The position numbers and the translations under genes were made by a program. DNA of 20,000 nucleotides, from the NCBI GenBank assembly GCA_031835245.2, contig JAVKOQ020000010.1, forward strand, positions 418,093-438,092. Reading direction: 5' to 3'. The notes beneath the pieces are model-generated. The model was not told the DNA's origin, searched no databases, and worked only from the letters and a program-made list of their open reading frames with translations. The stretch's first letter is position 1, and the number at the start of each line of letters is the position of its first letter. The stretch is from Balamuthia mandrillaris (taxonomy: Eukaryota). Shown piece after piece: positions 1-12,450 of this stretch.

Positions 1-1
1 C

Positions 2-290
2 GACTATTCCAAGAGCTGCATCCCCCTCATCACTTCGTGGACTGATCCCCGCAACCTGCTCTCCATCAGCGCCTATGCTTCTCTATTAGCAGTGGTGCTA
101 GCCGCCATCTATTTCTTACGACGAGGAATGGAACAAAAGTACTCCAGACCTATATTGCTCTCCTTAGCTTGGATCGTGTTTCCTTTCCTTCCGGCCGCTC
201 AGCTGTTGTTCGCACCTGGCACGTTGATCGCAGAGCGTGTTCTCTACGTTCCCTCTGTTGGTTTTTGCCTTTTGTTTGGTATTCATCTCT

Positions 291-322
<32 letters not shown>

Positions 323-727
323 ACCTGTTGCAACATACTTCTAATTTTATGTGTCCTGTTAATAGCTTGGACGTTGTGGATGCTTCACCAGCACAAATAC
401 TTGAACACCAAAACATTGGTAACGGTGTTCCTCATTGTCGTAGTGCTTTATGGAGCAAGGACTTGGACTAGAAATCCGGTCTGGTCCACGCAGTTGGCCC
501 TCTTCAGTGCAGCCAGAGAGGTGTGTCCTGGCAGCGCCAAAGCTCAGTTCAACTACGGAGCTGAAATGGAGAACCATCACCGAGAGGAGGAAGCCATTCG
601 CCCTTATGAACTCGCTATTGCGGCTGATCCGGACGATATAGCTCCTGTTGGTCGTCTTGGAAAGATTTATTTGAAGAGAAGCAACATTACTCGTGCTCTG
701 AGCTATTATGCGTTAGTCCTTTCTCTC

Positions 728-765
<38 letters not shown>

Positions 766-1359
766 GTTGTATATCTGATTTTTACGTGAGGATAGGAGGA
801 TAGCGAATAATGTGCCAAAGCTAAGGCACGAGTTTGCATACCATGATCTGGGCTATATCATGACAAAGCTCAACCGGACTCAAAAGGCCATAAGTTTCTT
901 CAAGTTCGCATCAAAGATCACTGAGCCAGGATCGCGTTACTATGGCGATGCAGAGAACAACTTAGGTAAGGCCTTTATATTTGCTATTCTTGTCCCATTT
1001 TCGCGTACTTCTTCTTCTTCCTTTGTTATTTGCTCCATTGTTCATCTGACATGGATACTTTTGCAGGGTTAGTGTACCTGTCGCAGAAAAACTATACGTT
1101 GGCTTTGGAGTCCATGCAACAGGCGTTGAAGTTCAAACCAGGCAACGCTTTTGTGGAGAACAACTATGGCGTGGTGCTGTGGGAAATGAACATGAAGCAG
1201 GAGGCCATATATGCCTTCGAGAGAGCCATTAAGATCAACAAAAAGGAACCGAAGAAAGAGTGCAAGTTTGCAGTCTCCAATCTCGAAGAAGTCAAAAAGT
1301 ACATTGCAAACAAACAGTACAAACCTGACCTGCAAACCAATGCTCTTCTTCAACCATAA
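2..1359 (+). CDS. TMTC: TMTC-family protein O-mannosyltransferase (DUF1736 + TM helices + TPR repeats), 5'-truncated, spliced
   Basis: Frame 2 reads DYSKSCIPLITSWTDPRN, then PFLPAAQLLFAPGTLIAERVLYVPSVGFC and RTWTRNPVW, all TMTC-like motifs. TPR repeats follow (AKAQFNYG, AENNLG, NAFVENNYG). GT-AG introns at 279-365, 712-795 and 966-1066 join the frames; stop TAA at 1357-1359. Confidence 0.9.
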
Positions 1360-1462
1360 AGGTAACAAATTTGCCTAGTCTCATATGTTTTCTCGTCCTG
1401 CTTCTTCTCCCTGTTCATCTCCATCAGTCAAGAGAAGAACATGATCACTTCTTCTTTCTGTG

Positions 1463-2188
1463 TTAGCGTCTTATAGCAGTCCACGGATGAGGAAACAGCT
1501 TGTACAAAAAGTCGAGCCATCCCTCAGCGAGAGGATATCGCTCAAACCCAGATAGCAGAAATAGCTCGCCGCTCTCCTCCTTCACAGCCATTTGCTTGAA
1601 GCCATGACGATCCGTCAGCGGTAACCACCCTTTCTCCAGCCTATCCAACTCTCTCTTGGCCTCCACCATTTCAGACAGCGGCAAAAGCCTGATGCCACTG
1701 CCCAACAAGGAGTCGGTGGTAGTTGCCACAGAAAAGGAGGAGAGAGGGTCACCCCATCTGCCTCCCCCTGTACCGTGCGACCCGTCATGCACGGAAAGCG
1801 AGACGCGCAGGTCCTCTGGAAGACGAGCAATCCCCATGCTTTGCTCTGCTGCGAGAATGGCTTCTTCGGTGGCGCCAGGGTTCAGCGCAGCCAGCACCCT
1901 CCGTTCAGCATAGTTCTCTATGGCAGCCCATACCCTTTTGACTTGGGTTTCCGTGGTTTTGCGGTCGATGAAGAGCTCCCTCCAGGTTTTTTTGTTGCTG
2001 GTGGGTGCTGGCGTTGCGGTGGGGGAGGGAAGGAGCCAGCGGTGCTCCTGGCAAAAGCTTCGCCACAGGGAGGGCTCCTCGCTGACTCGTCGCCATTGCT
2101 TACAGACGGCCGCTGCGGCCATCAGCTCTTTGGCCGGGAGCCTCGAGAAGATACAGAGCATCAGCTCGTCCGCCAGCTGGGCCGTCAT
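1463..2188 (-). CDS. F-box protein with SMI1/KNR4-like domain (FBXO3/SKIP16-like N-terminal architecture), intronless
   Basis: F-box: LADELMLCIFSRLPAKELMAAAAVCKQWRRVSEEPSLWR. SMI1/KNR4: VWAAIE...LNPGATEEAILAAEQSMGIARLPEDLRVSLSVHDG. First ATG at 2188. Confidence 0.85.
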   Translation of the reverse strand: MTAQLADELMLCIFSRLPAKELMAAAAVCKQWRRVSEEPSLWRSFCQEHRWLLPSPTATPAPTSNKKTWRELFIDRKTTETQVKRVWAAIENYAERRVLAALNPGATEEAILAAEQSMGIARLPEDLRVSLSVHDGSHGTGGGRWGDPLSSFSVATTTDSLLGSGIRLLPLSEMVEAKRELDRLEKGWLPLTDRHGFKQMAVKEESGELFLLSGFERYPLAEGWLDFLYKLFPHPWTAIRR

Positions 2189-2705
2189 GTCCTTTTGTCT
2201 GCACACGGGGCAAAGAAAGCCTTGCTTGGGGTGGTCTTTTGCTTGTGGTTTGTTCTTCTCTTCTCTCTATTCTTTTGTTTTTGTTTTCAAGTTTTCTTTT
2301 GGCTGAAAAAATTATTCCCACAGTGAATGGGCAGAATTCGTGGTCACCTTCTGAAGCACACGTTACTTAAAAAAGGGAAAACGTGGACCAATAGGAAACC
2401 CTTTGGTGGATTGTGTTTTCTCTCAAGTTTCTCAGGATATTTTCTCAATTTTCCGTCAAAGAGAAGAAAGCAACCACACACCACCACCACCACAACAAAA
2501 AAGTTGTTAACATGTCAATGAGGGCCCGCCCTTTCCCCCCGCCCTTTCCTCGCCCCCCCCCCCCTTTGCTAGACAGATCTTTCGCCCAACAGACAACAAG
2601 TCTGTCTTTTTGCCAAACAAAAAAATCCAGAAATAAAGAAATAAAGTAGCAAAGAGCGAGAGAGAGAGAGAGAGAGAGAGAGAGCTCGTCCGCGAAAGCG
2701 AAAAA

Positions 2706-3380
2706 ATGATGAGCGAAAGCGAGGAACTGCACAAGGTGGGCCTTTGTTCATTTTTCGTTGTGTCCCCTTCCCTCCTTCTCCACCTCCTCCTCTTGTTTTT
2801 TTTTTCATCAGCTGATTGATCTTCACGCAAAATCAAAAACACACAAGAATCATTTGGGGGAGGAGAAAAGCCAGTACCTGCTTCAGCACAAGGACAACCC
2901 CGTCCATTGGTTTTCGTTTGGTCCGAAGGCCTTTGAGCTAGCCAAGAAAGAGAAAAAACCCATTCTCATCAGCATCGGCTATTGTGCGTTGTTCTCCTTT
3001 CCGCGTGTTCTTTCTTTCTCCCTTCACTTCTCTTTCCTCTCCTCTCCTCTCCTCTTTTCTCTTCACTCTTCTCTGCTTTTCTTGTTCCCTCTCATCAAAA
3101 AAAAAAACCACTCTCTTGTGTCTCGTGCTTTCATTTTGCCTACGTACCACTAGCGACATGTCACTGGTAAGTTTTTTGATGTGGTTTGAGAAAGAAAGAG
3201 TACTTTCACTACAAAAGCCAAGCCTTTAGCTGACACGCTTTCTCATTCGATTTTCTCTCCTTCTGAAGGTGTCATGTTATGGAGCGAGAGTCGTTCGAAG
3301 ACCACCAGGTGGCTGACTTGCTTAACAAGTACTTTGTTTCCATCAAAGTCGATAGAGAAGAGTTGCCTGGTATGCTTTTT

Positions 3381-3412
<32 letters not shown>

Positions 3413-5983
3413 CCCCCTCTATCTCTCTCCCCGTTGCTCCTTGTGATTAATCGTTTGTGTTTGTAGATGTGGATGCAATCTACATGAGAGCAGCGCTGAG
3501 CATGATGCATGGAGGAGGTGGTTGGCCTCTCAACGTACGTTTTTCATTCCACTGTTTAACTGAGAAAAAAGAGAAAGAACTTCAACTAATCCGGGTACAT
3601 TCAAAAGGTCTTCGTCACACCTGATCTTAAACCTTTCTTCGCTGGGTACCACAAATTACATATCTTCTTGCTATCTTTTTCTTCTCCTGCATCCCTACTT
3701 CTTCTCACTCTTGTGTTGCTTATTATTCTCACAACCATATCGGTTCATTTTAATATCTCAATTTATAGAACGTACTTCCCAAAAGAAACGTTCACGCGAT
3801 TGGTGGCAAAGCTAGGAGAGACCTGGCAAAAAGCTCCCTCCAACCTGCAAAGCGTTGCGGATCAGATACATCAACACCTGAGCAGTGCCGAGGTGTTTGG
3901 TAGCGTGAGCAGTAGGAACCTATTAAACGAGTCGCTATTCTGTAGATTTTTTGAAGACTCAGAAGGTTCCTTATTCTTCCGATTATCTTCTTCTTGGGTT
4001 TAATTGTACTCAACCAACTTGTGATTTCTCTTCCTAAGGTGACTTTGATGAAGAATATGGAGGATTCGGACGTGCCCCTAAGTTTCCGCCATCGATGAGG
4101 TTGCAAATGTTGATGCGTATAGCGAGAAGGAGCAAGGATCCTGCTACCTCAGCAAAGGCCATGCATATGGTGGAACATACGCTCAAGTCGATGGTCAAAG
4201 GAGGGCTCTGGGATCATCTCGGTGGAGGTTTTGCTCGGTACAGCACTGACCGCAAATGGCTCATACCACGTTAGTCGCCTCTCTCTCTCTCTCTCTCTCT
4301 CGTTATGTTCACTGTCTCAACAAAGGCTAACGTTACTTTCCTGTTTCGTGCAGACTTTGAAAAGATGTTGTATGACAACGCGCTGTTACTTTATACTTAC
4401 ATTGAGGCGTTCCAAATGACTCGCGATTCGTGCTTTGAGGCAGTATCAAAGGAACTGATTAACTACATCTTGACGGTAATGCAACATCCTGAAGGAGGCT
4501 TTTATTCTGCTGGTGAGTTTGATTAATTGCTGTCCTGTCTCGTTTTCTCATGTTTTCTCATGTTTTCTCACATGCTCTCTGCTCAAAACCAGAGGATGCA
4601 GACAGCGAAGGAGAAGAAGGTAAATTTTATGTTTGGAAGAAAAAGGAAATCGACTCGCTCTTGCTGCCAGAGGTTAGTATTAACGAATCTCTTGGTTCAA
4701 TACAACGTTAACGTTGTTTGCAAATGCAAAACTTTAAATCTAGGAAGCTCACGCCTTCTGCGAATATTATGGGGTTACGGAGAAAGGCAACTTCGAAGGA
4801 GGCACCAACCACCTTCATTTGCTTTCTCACCCGCAGCTTGATTGGGGAGAGAAGAAGAGCGAACTCATTGCCCAAGCTTCGATGAAGCTGAAGGCTGTCA
4901 GAGATCGTCGCATCCATCCTCTCAGTACGCGTTTAGTCTTCTAAGAATTTATCAATTATGTTGAACTTATTTTGAGCTTTTGCTGTTTATTCATGCAGAG
5001 GACACCAAGATTCTTACTTCATGGAACGGATTGATGATTCGTTCAATGGCAATGGCTGCTCATGTATTCGCAGATACTTCATATGCCGAAGCTGCTTCGA
5101 AAGCGGCGTCCTTCATCAAAGATAAGCTTTACTCTCCATCCAGCAAAACTTTGTTCCGCAGGTATAGGGACGGAGAAGCCCGATTCAGTGGAACGTTGGA
5201 CGATTATGCTTATCTCATCTCTGGCTTGTTGGAGCTCTACCAAACCACCTTTAACACCAAATGGCTTCAGTGGGCTCAGGAGTTGCAGGTACATCTTCTT
5301 CTACTTTCTAGGTATGATGATTCTCAAACGTTCCCTTGTGTGCTCACTTTATTTGGTCCATTTGCCAGGAAACTCAAGACCGATTGTTTGGTGATGAAGA
5401 AAAAGGCGGTTACTTCTACTCACCAGCCGAAACGGAACACCCTCTGATCATTCGCACCAAAGACTTCCAGGATGGAGCACAGCCCAACAGCAACTCCATC
5501 TCCGCCCTTAACCTCCTCATGCTCGAGAACTTGACCTTCAACAAGAAGGCAGGAACTAATGCTGGAGAAGCAAGTTCCGCTGCGATAGAATACAAGGAAA
5601 AGGCTGTGCGAGTGTTGAGTTCTATCGGAGATATTTTACAGAAAGCGCCAGAAGCGTTTACTCAGGCGCTTATCGCATTGGACTTTCTGACCGATGAGCC
5701 ATTGCAACTCGCCATCGTCATACCGAAGGCTCATGAGGAGGAGGAGGAGGTACGAGCCAACATGGTGAAGTGCATCAACGAGATGTTTCTACCAAACAAG
5801 GTGGTGGCTGTCGGCAGTGGCGAAGAGCATATCGGCTTGCTGGAAGGAAAAGCACCACAAGAGGGTCAAGTGACGGCATACGTATGCCAAGGCACTGCTT
5901 GCCTTGCTCCAACCACAAAGCCAGAGAAGCTACGAGAATTGTTGGCCCAGCGAGGCAAAGGAAAGACGTACAGCAATTTGTAA
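2706..5983 (+). CDS. SPATA20: SPATA20/YyaL-family protein (thioredoxin-like N-terminal domain + six-hairpin glycosidase-like domain), multi-exon
   Basis: Spliced motifs: [151 protein letters not shown]. Introns: 2736-2811, 2984-3153, 3167-3268, 3370-3466, 3535-3607, 3646-3768, 3966-4038, 4270-4353, 4513-4592, 4674-4743, 4925-4998, 5289-5368. Confidence 0.95.
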
Positions 5984-6028
5984 AGGCTCGTGTTTACCAT
6001 AAACCACACATAGCATTAAAAGTTTAAG

Positions 6029-9000
6029 TTAGTCAAAGAACGAAAAGAAGTCGAGGTCTTCATCCTCATCACTTTCATCGTCATACGAAATGGGCTCACT
6101 TGTCTTCGTTCTGGGGCGCAACTTGAGAGCATTCTGGAAATAAGCAGCAAAGGTATTATCCCAGCTGGGTGGGAGTTTGATGTGCCTCAGATGGCGCAGC
6201 TTTGGTAAGTTAAACTGCTCTGGCAGTAGTGTGCTTTTCTGTTTTTTTTTTCTCTTGTTAGCACACGTGAAAGCCAGCTGAGGGCAGACAAGGGAGGAAC
6301 AAAAAACAAACCTCTTTTGCTACAGCAGAACTCAGGTGGAGATAACGAATGTTGGGAGAGTGCTGCTCCAAGTTATCCAGCAGAGCGGTCGTGTGGTGAA
6401 TGGAGTTGTTGCAAAAGCAAAGGCTAAGTCGTTCCAGTTTTGGTAAATACATGGGCAGAACAGTAAGGAGTGTAGTGGGCGCATTGCGATCTGAGTGCTT
6501 GTAAGAAAACACTCGTAGGTTTCCCAAGAGCATGCAAGCCGGATCAAGCGCTTGCTGTTCCTCCTTTTCTTTCTCTTTGCCTTTGCAGTTTTCTTGGGAA
6601 GAAACAGCAGCTCTTTTTTCGTTGTAAAAGAGAGCCTTATACAAAGTAACGTCGGTGTGAGATATATTGAGCGAGGTAAGTTGATAGCGCAGTATGACAG
6701 GCAAAAGGCCCTGCTCCGTAACCGGACAACGTCCTATGTTGAGCTCTTTTAGGCAAGGAAAGCACTTGCTCACCAAATCGATCATGTAAAAGTCAACTAT
6801 CCACGGACAACTTTTTGCCGTTAACCGGCGCAACTTGTTGTAGAGTGGCACGCGATAGTTCAGCTTGCTGTCTATAATCCCACCAACCATATCATTTGTG
6901 TTTGTGATGTCCAGAGATGTAAGGCCCCGATGCTTGACTGCCGCTTTTAATATACATAAACCTGCAAATGGTGAAACAGAAGGTAAGTAAACAGAAACAT
7001 CTGGCTGGAAAACGTCTCACCTGAAACGGAAGTGCTCTTGACTTTGAGATCTGGTAATAGTAGCTTTGAGTATCAAAGCACGCACAAAGAATAGATAAGG
7101 CAGCAAACCTTCGAGCATGAAACAACGGTTCATTAAGTACTCTACTGATGCCGTCTGTATGCGAGATGCAGAGCCCGACAGGTTCAGCGTGCGAAGCGTT
7201 CCAAAGAGATTGTCTGCAATACAGCGCACCACACCAGGTCCTATTCTATTGCCTGCCAAGTTGATGGTGTGCAGACATAAGTTGCTGAAGATAAGTTCGG
7301 GATTGAGCGAATCACACTGGGGAAGACCCTTCAATGCCACGTGCTATTTATGGATATGTCGTAAGAATACTGATTATGACAGAGAAGAGAAGCAGATAAC
7401 AAGACAACAGGGAAGAGAACGAGAGAACAAGAGAACAAGAGAACACGAGAACGAGAGAACGAGAGGATAGTAGATAATTCGTACCTGAAGTCGAGGATAT
7501 TTAAACTTGAAAATAGTGTTCAACAAAGTGAGGGTTGCCCACTTGGTTTTGTTCATGTACAGCGTCTCTAGTTGGACAGCTTTACAGGAGGTCATCGGAG
7601 GAATTTCCACAGTTGTCATCTGTGGCTCACCACAATTTGACACGTCCACAAAACGAATGTTACGCGAAGATTGAAGCAGGCAAATAAGAGTTCGTGCACA
7701 GGTTTGAGTCCCAGCGAGCTGGTAACAATGAAGCAATCAGCAACGTAACATTACGTTAATTGGATGGCTTTGGACCAAACCTGTAATACTTGTAACCGGT
7801 CGCAGCGACGGATAAGTTTCTCAATAGCGAAGTGGCCTTCAAAAGGTACATTGCTCAAGTTCACTGATACTAACTGAAGAGGCAAAGTAGGGTCAAATAA
7901 ACTTGGAAAAATGCAGAAAATAATAAGGAGGAGTACATAAAATAACTTACGTTGGGACAGTCATCAGCCAAAGAGGAGATGCCACGAGACTAGCGAGAAT
8001 TTGTATAAGATAAATTGAAGCAACATACCTCCATACCATCTAGAGGGAGAAAGGTACCGTAATGAGCTTGCAGTCTTGCAGGTCAATCTTTGCTAACTGG
8101 TGACAAGTTGAACATATACTTGCAAGGCCTTCATCCGTTATGGCAGCGCACTGCCTGAGATTAAGGTTCCTAAGGTTGCGGCAGCGCAGAGATATCACAT
8201 GAAGATGTTCATCAGTGATGTGAGGGGCTTGTGGAGAGAGATCCAGTTTTTTAACATCATCATCTTCCAGGAGCAAGGCCAGATGGAGAGGATGAAGGAT
8301 GTAGTGCTGCATTAATAGACCGAAAATGCGAGTGCGGATGAATAACGGTACACCTTCAAGCGATTCATAATGAAGCAAGTTTCTGGCCATGTTCAACAAA
8401 CATTGTGACCGTAGCGATCGCACCACATTGTTGTCAACTGTAAAAAATAAATAAATAAGGGAGAAGGGGAGGGAGGGAGGGAGGGAGAGCAGGAAAGCTG
8501 GAGATGATATGGGAAGGCCAAGAACAGAAAAGATGAGAGAAAGAACCTTGCCGGATGCACTCCAAATAGATATGTTCGTCTTGGTGTTGCTTGAGTTTTT
8601 GTGCCATAGCCTTCTGCAGTTCTTTGAGTTGTTCCGCTGAAACAGTATCATAGCGGACGGACAACTCTTTTTGCAGCCGCTGCTCCATAGTCAGGCTTCC
8701 TTGTTTAGATGCCACAAGCCTTTGTATTACAGCCGGAAGCTGATTAGTTGGTTGTGGTGTATCCTCTTTCTTTTTTTTAACCAACGAAGCTGCTGCTTAA
8801 AAGTTCATTGTTTTGTAAGACCAGCGGGCGTTAGCCAACAAAAACCAGAACAAAACAAAGCACAACAGAACATGGAAAAGAAGAACAAACCAACGCACTC
8901 ATTGGCTTTGCGCTCTGCAAAAATGCTCAACCAATTTTCGCTGATACGAGCAACATCCAATAATGCTGATGAAAAGGTTTGAGAGACAGAAGGTGAAGAG

Positions 9001-9856
9001 GCTGATGGAGAAGAAGAGAAAGCGAGTGAAGAAGAAAAAGAAGAAGGCGGAGCACGGTTTGGCCACACTCTAGCAAGGGTTTTAACGAGGGCAGCAGCTT
9101 CTTTCTCAGAGATGGTGAAATGGTTGGAAGCTACAGAAGAGTCGTCCTTATGCTGGGAAGCAACGTTTATGGAGCGAGGTACAGCCTCAAGAAGCGGATA
9201 GCCTCCCCCCAATTCCAACTCTACCTTCAGGCCCACTGAAACATAGCAAATACAAATATTTTACGCTGTTTAGAGCAAGCAAAAACATAGAAAGAAAGCA
9301 ACCAGGGGTCCTCACCATGCGGATACTTCATATCGGTGAAAGAAAGGCAAAGGAGCCTAGAGTCCTCCGAAACAGAGGAAACGCAAACGGCCTGAGAGCC
9401 ATAACTTTGCTTCAACAAAGCCAAATGTTGGTCTTGTAAGGAGCGGCACTCAGCGTGGAGGTGCTGGTCAGCGGTTGGGTTGTTGCGGCAGTTGCTGCTG
9501 TTTCTGCGCCTTCTGCCATGTTTGTCTTTGTCGGAAGACGGAGGAGGAGGCACTTCCAGCAAACTTGCCAAGTCAACAGCAGAGCTTTCCCTCTTGTAGA
9601 CGTACTCTGCGGCTTCCTCGTCCAACTCTTCCTCTTTTTCTGCTACGCCATAATCCTCTTCGTTTTCCTTTGGCTGCGGGTGCAACTGCTCGTCAGCTAC
9701 CTTTTCGTCGTCGTCGTCATAGTCTTCCCAGTTGTGGTCTTCCTCCTCTTCTTCTGCATGATCACTATAAAAGCGGTTGCGTTGGGACACAGCGCGGTCA
9801 TCAGGATCCAGCAGTTGCAACAACGCCGTTCCTGAACCCAACATGCGGTTCTTCAT
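6029..9856 (-). CDS. Cys-containing leucine-rich-repeat protein (AMN1/FBXL-like LRRs), probably with an N-terminal acidic region and RWD-like domain; multi-exon
   Basis: LRRs: CRNLRNLNLRQCAAITDEGLASICSTCHQLAKIDLQDCKLIT, CFPCLKELNIGRCPVTEQGL, LTSLNISHTDVT. The last exon (6238 down to stop at 6029) ends DEDEDLDFFSFFD*. Upstream exons 9856-9316 and 9235-8891 join via intron 9315-9236 (G|GTGAG...CAG). They can join the LRR part via intron 8890-8796. That last junction is uncertain, so this could be two genes. Confidence 0.7.
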
Positions 9857-10446
9857 GGTGCTTGCTGCTTTGCTTTCCCTTTTTTTGTCTTGCTCTTTTG
9901 TTTACACTTTTTTTTTATCTGAAAGAAGATCAAGACGAAAAAGAACCAAGAAGAGAAAAAACCAAGAAGAGCAAGTGCACACTAGTTATTGACCCGCGAC
10001 GAGGATGGAGTGCTGTAATGGAGCGCTGACAATAAATAACACTGGAGGGGATCTACTTGGTGTACGACTCAAAGGATACTTCATTTTTCTTCTTTGCGCC
10101 CCGTAGGAGGAGGAGACGTCTTAATACCTTCATCAACCACGTTTGACTTTCTTCTTTTTTCCCTCTTTCTGCCAGTCTCCATTTCAGCAGGTCATTCATG
10201 TGGTTTTTATGCAGCGAAGGAGGACTTTTTTTTTGGGGAGTCAACGGTGAAAAAGAAGCCAACGGGGAAGAAGGCAAGCCTTGCGTTACAAAGCAGAAAA
10301 TCCAGCCAAAATTCGTCTTATTGGAGATAAAAGAAATCTGTGGCCACTCTTTCTACCGCTTGCCATGTGTATATTTAATGTGTGCGGAAAGAAGTCAGGA
10401 AAGAAGGCAAACATAACCCCAAGTTGTACATAACAACAACACCACA

Positions 10447-12450
10447 ATGCACTCGAGCCATGTATGCTTCGCGTTAGCTCTCGTAACGGTATCCCTGTTG
10501 GGTCCCCTCAGCTTGCTGCTGCGCGATGTACCAAAGACCAGCAACGTGGCTCCATTAACCTTTCGACCGCCGCATATGGGTGCAACCGCTCGCGACAAAA
10601 GGCACACGGGTGGGGGCCTACCTGCAAGCCTCACTTATGCCTACTTAATCCCGGACCTGTTGGAGAGCGAGGAACCAGAGAGAGTGAAGGAGCTGCTTGA
10701 CCCTGTTCTGCCAGAGCTGGTGACCATGGTTTGGGTCAACAGAGAGAAGTTCTCGCATACGCGCCTTGTTTTGGAGGACTGGTGGAGCAAGAATCCCCTC
10801 GGCGTGAGGAGCATCTATGGCCTTGGCGGTTTGGAGCCTCCCGCACTGGTGGCCTGGCTGAAGGAGAAGGAGCAAATGATGGGAAGGAACCTTTTTACCG
10901 TTGTTGAAGACACGAGCTTGTTGCCTCCCTTCGCGACTGTTAACCTGGCTGTTGAGGAGGTGACAACTCCCTACTTTGTGATCATCCATGCCGACACCAT
11001 GCTGGAGCCTCTCACGCTTCACTACTTCCTCCGAAGGGCACTACTGAATCCTGACGCCGCCGTTGTTGACCCGATCATTTGGGAGAGACATGTGGATCAA
11101 GACGAGCTCATCCTTCACAGCACCTACGAGTTGCTCAGCGCTAGCAGAACGCAAGCGCATTCTAGGCTTGTTCCCTATTACATTCGCCTCCCACGAGAGC
11201 ATGGAACCATTCCATTTAATGATCAGGCCTCCATCCGTGACCTTTCTAGGAAGTACATCTCCACTCAACCGCTAACAGCCATGGGAGTCGAGTACCACTG
11301 TGCCTTGTTCGAGACGGAGGTGGCTCGTCACAGTTTCAAGATTTTGGATTCCTATGCTACAGAGAATCCCTTGAATACTGGCTTCGTCGCAGCGGAGTTG
11401 AACCGCAACATCATGGTCGAGCCACAGGCCATCGCTAGCTACATCTATCCTAAAGAGGGTCACGCCTTTGAGCAAGAAGACGTCTTCATGATGGCATGGG
11501 CTTGGGATGCAGAAATGGCGTTTATCAACAAGTATGTTTCTCTTTTGCTCCTTCTCTCTTCTTGTTAGGGCTACACTTACTCTCTTACTAGTTGCTATGC
11601 TGAATCCAAGTTTGGGCACGTAGCAGAGAGTCCCCGAATCCATTTCTGGATGAACATGGTTGGGTATCGAATGAGAGGAGCACACTATGGTTGGAACGCT
11701 CCTGAACCTGTGCACCCAGATCCGATGGTACAGTCTCAAATGATCATTGGGATATTTCTCATCATTGGCTCCAATCGCTTCCGTTTTGATGATGCGCCTG
11801 GAGGCACATGGCTAGAGCCAAGACAGTTCCACATGAAGGCTAAAGCGGCAGCAGAACAAAGCAAACCTCTCCTTATGGCCTTTACGCAGGAAAATGAACT
11901 TCCCATTCCAGAATGGAATGGCCCTAAGCTTACGAAATGGGAGCAACGGATTGCACTCCATGAATCACTTAGTGACAACCACCACCAGGGCTTCGTTCTG
12001 AAGAAAGAGGCACGGGCAGAGGTGCAAGGTTACAACTGTAGCCATCAGGTTTATCGTGAGCACCATCTTCTCCGGCTGGACTTTGCTGGCCGAGGCGCTC
12101 AACCTGAGAAGCTGGCTTGTGTATCTTCCCTTTCCTCACGTATCACCAATGCAGCTTTCCTTATCCTTGCCTTGCCCAGTGACATTCATCATAGCAAATT
12201 CAAGATAGAACTCTGGTTTGAGTTTCCAAGCCTCGATGCTGCTCACCACTTCCAGGAAACACTTGTGCCAGAGGCTCATTTAGGAGCAAAGCATTGTGAA
12301 TTCATGAAGGCAGACAGTAAACCAACAAGCATTTTGCTGCCAACAGCCTCCAATGGTGTTCATGTGCTCCAGTGGAAACATGATATCGATTATGCACAGT
12401 ATTTTGAGAAACTTATCAGAAATATTATTTATCCACATCAAAGCAAATAA
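10447..12450 (+). CDS. Glycosyltransferase family 2 (GT-A fold)-like protein with N-terminal signal anchor
   Basis: Hydrophobic N-terminus, then VTMVWVNREKFSHT, NLAVEEVTTPYFVIIHADTMLEP (DxD-equivalent), AAVVDPII and VEYHCALF. One intron at 11532-11591 (GTATGT...TAG) joins ORFs 10447 and 11650 in frame. Confidence 0.75.

Noticed and set aside
2100..3229. Many short ORFs rich in S/L/F or R/E, and antisense ORFs over the real genes
   Set aside because: They are translations of CT/GA microsatellite introns or shadow frames with no recognisable motifs.
8040..8057. Apparent 18-nt mini-intron (GTACC...CTAG) in the LRR gene
   Set aside because: One longer intron ending at ~7990 gives a clean LRR (LITSRGISSLADDCPN).
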